DNA of 64,000 nt, taken from the IMG/VR virus record IMGVR_UViG_3300010052_000154, positions 1 through 64,000 of that record; one strand, 5' to 3'. The position numbers were made by a program, and so were the translations under genes. Numbering within the stretch: the first letter of the stretch is position 1; each line of letters begins with the position of its first letter. The DNA comes from a virus. Taxonomy: Duplodnaviria; Caudoviricetes. Below are positions 63,165 to 64,000 of this stretch, in pieces. Under the pieces are notes generated by a model. That model saw nothing but the letters and a program-made list of their open reading frames with translations. It did no database searches and had not been told where the DNA came from.

Positions 63165-64000
63165 TGGCCGAGAACACCTCCATCTCCTGGGCCGATGACA
63201 CCTTCAACCCGTGGGAGGGCTGCCAGAAGGTCGGACCTGGCTGCGACAACTGCTACGCCGAGGCGCGCAACGCTCGCTATGGCGGCGGTGTCGCCGCGAA
63301 TTGGGGTCCGGGCGCGCCGCGCCGGCGGACCTCGAAGGCGAACTGGCGCAAGCCGCTGAAGTGGGAGCGGGAGGCCGCGGCCGACGCTCTGCTACCGTCC
63401 GAGCAACGCATGTGGCCACGCGGCCGGTTCGTGTTCTGCGCTTCCCTCGCCGACGTCTTCGACAACGCCGTCCAGACGGAGTGGCGGCGCGATCTCTTCG
63501 ATCTGATCCGCGCGACGCCGCACCTGACTTGGCTGCTGCTGACCAAGCGGCCGGGGAACATCACACCGATGTTCAAGGCGATCGCCGAGAAGGATCTTGG
63601 CCCTTATGCGGACGACAGGGGCGTCCGCTCAGCTTGGCCCCGCAATGCCGCCATCGGCTGTACGGTCGTCAACCAGGACGAGGCGGAGCGCGACGTCCAG
63701 AAGCTCCTCCTCGCAAAGGACTTGCTGCGTCCTGCCTTCGCGTTCCTGTCGTTGGAGCCCCTTCTAGGCCAAGTCGACCTCACTTCGCTCCAGCGCTTCC
63801 CGGCGGGAACTGCTGATCGCGAGTTCATGGACGCCCTGCGCGGCCGGTTCTGGACGGACCAGACCGACCTCCCCAACCCTGATCCACGCTGGGCCAAGCC
63901 TGGCGTCCCCTTCGACTGGAACTATAGCCGCCGTGGCGGCATCGACTGGGTTATCACTGGAGGGGAGACCGATCAGGGCGGCCACAAGGCCCGGCCAACG
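63164..64000 (+). CDS. Phage Gp37/Gp68 (DUF5131) protein, truncated by the window end
   Basis: MAENTSISWAD.TFNPW.GC.KV.PGCDNCYA, VFCASLADVFD, LLLTKRP, DWVITGGE. Confidence 0.9.
   Translation, partial: MAENTSISWADDTFNPWEGCQKVGPGCDNCYAEARNARYGGGVAANWGPGAPRRRTSKANWRKPLKWEREAAADALLPSEQRMWPRGRFVFCASLADVFDNAVQTEWRRDLFDLIRATPHLTWLLLTKRPGNITPMFKAIAEKDLGPYADDRGVRSAWPRNAAIGCTVVNQDEAERDVQKLLLAKDLLRPAFAFLSLEPLLGQVDLTSLQRFPAGTADREFMDALRGRFWTDQTDLPNPDPRWAKPGVPFDWNYSRRGGIDWVITGGETDQGGHKARPT

Larger units (their letters stand above)
6384..64000. mobile_element. Temperate lambdoid siphovirus prophage (minimum extent). It probably also includes 1-6383 and continues past the right edge.
   Basis: Complete colinear lysis-tail-head-terminase-replication-cro/cI-recombination layout. 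No host housekeeping genes, integrase or att site are seen in the window. Confidence 0.95.

Overview
Nearly the whole window is one temperate, lambda-like siphovirus prophage of a GC-rich alphaproteobacterium. It is most likely from Caulobacteraceae, inferred from its GcrA and SciP homologs and an alpha-type LexA box. Minus strand, read from about 54 kb down to 6.5 kb: Cro, CII-like protein, GcrA homolog, DNA methylases, DnaB, replication initiator, DUF6456 late regulator, terminase, portal, MuF-ART head protein, P22-type capsid, tail with a -1 frameshift chaperone, tape measure, fibre/spike genes and lysis cassette. Plus strand from 54 kb rightwards: double-HTH CI, accessory genes, SciP homolog, RecE-like nuclease, AAA ATPase, and a Gp37/Gp68 gene cut by the window edge. 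No integrase or att site is visible. The most striking part is 1.36-6.37 kb, a compact plus-strand RNA-repair island converging on the lysis genes. It holds three tandem Y-RNA-like units sharing one scaffold, each with an anticodon-loop-like heptamer and the third containing a circularly permuted tRNA-Pro. These are followed by Ro60/TROVE, RtcB, an HTH-HAD phosphatase fusion, a Pol-beta nucleotidyltransferase and four CCA-ending tRNAs (Phe, Cys, Asn, Gln). Other accessory cargo includes a DprA+PRTase (ShosTA-like) pair, a MuF ADP-ribosyltransferase with a candidate immunity gene, a GTA-like head-spike pair carrying an esterase, and a degenerate tRNA-like RNA in the late leader. All family assignments come from motif recognition by eye, not from database searches.
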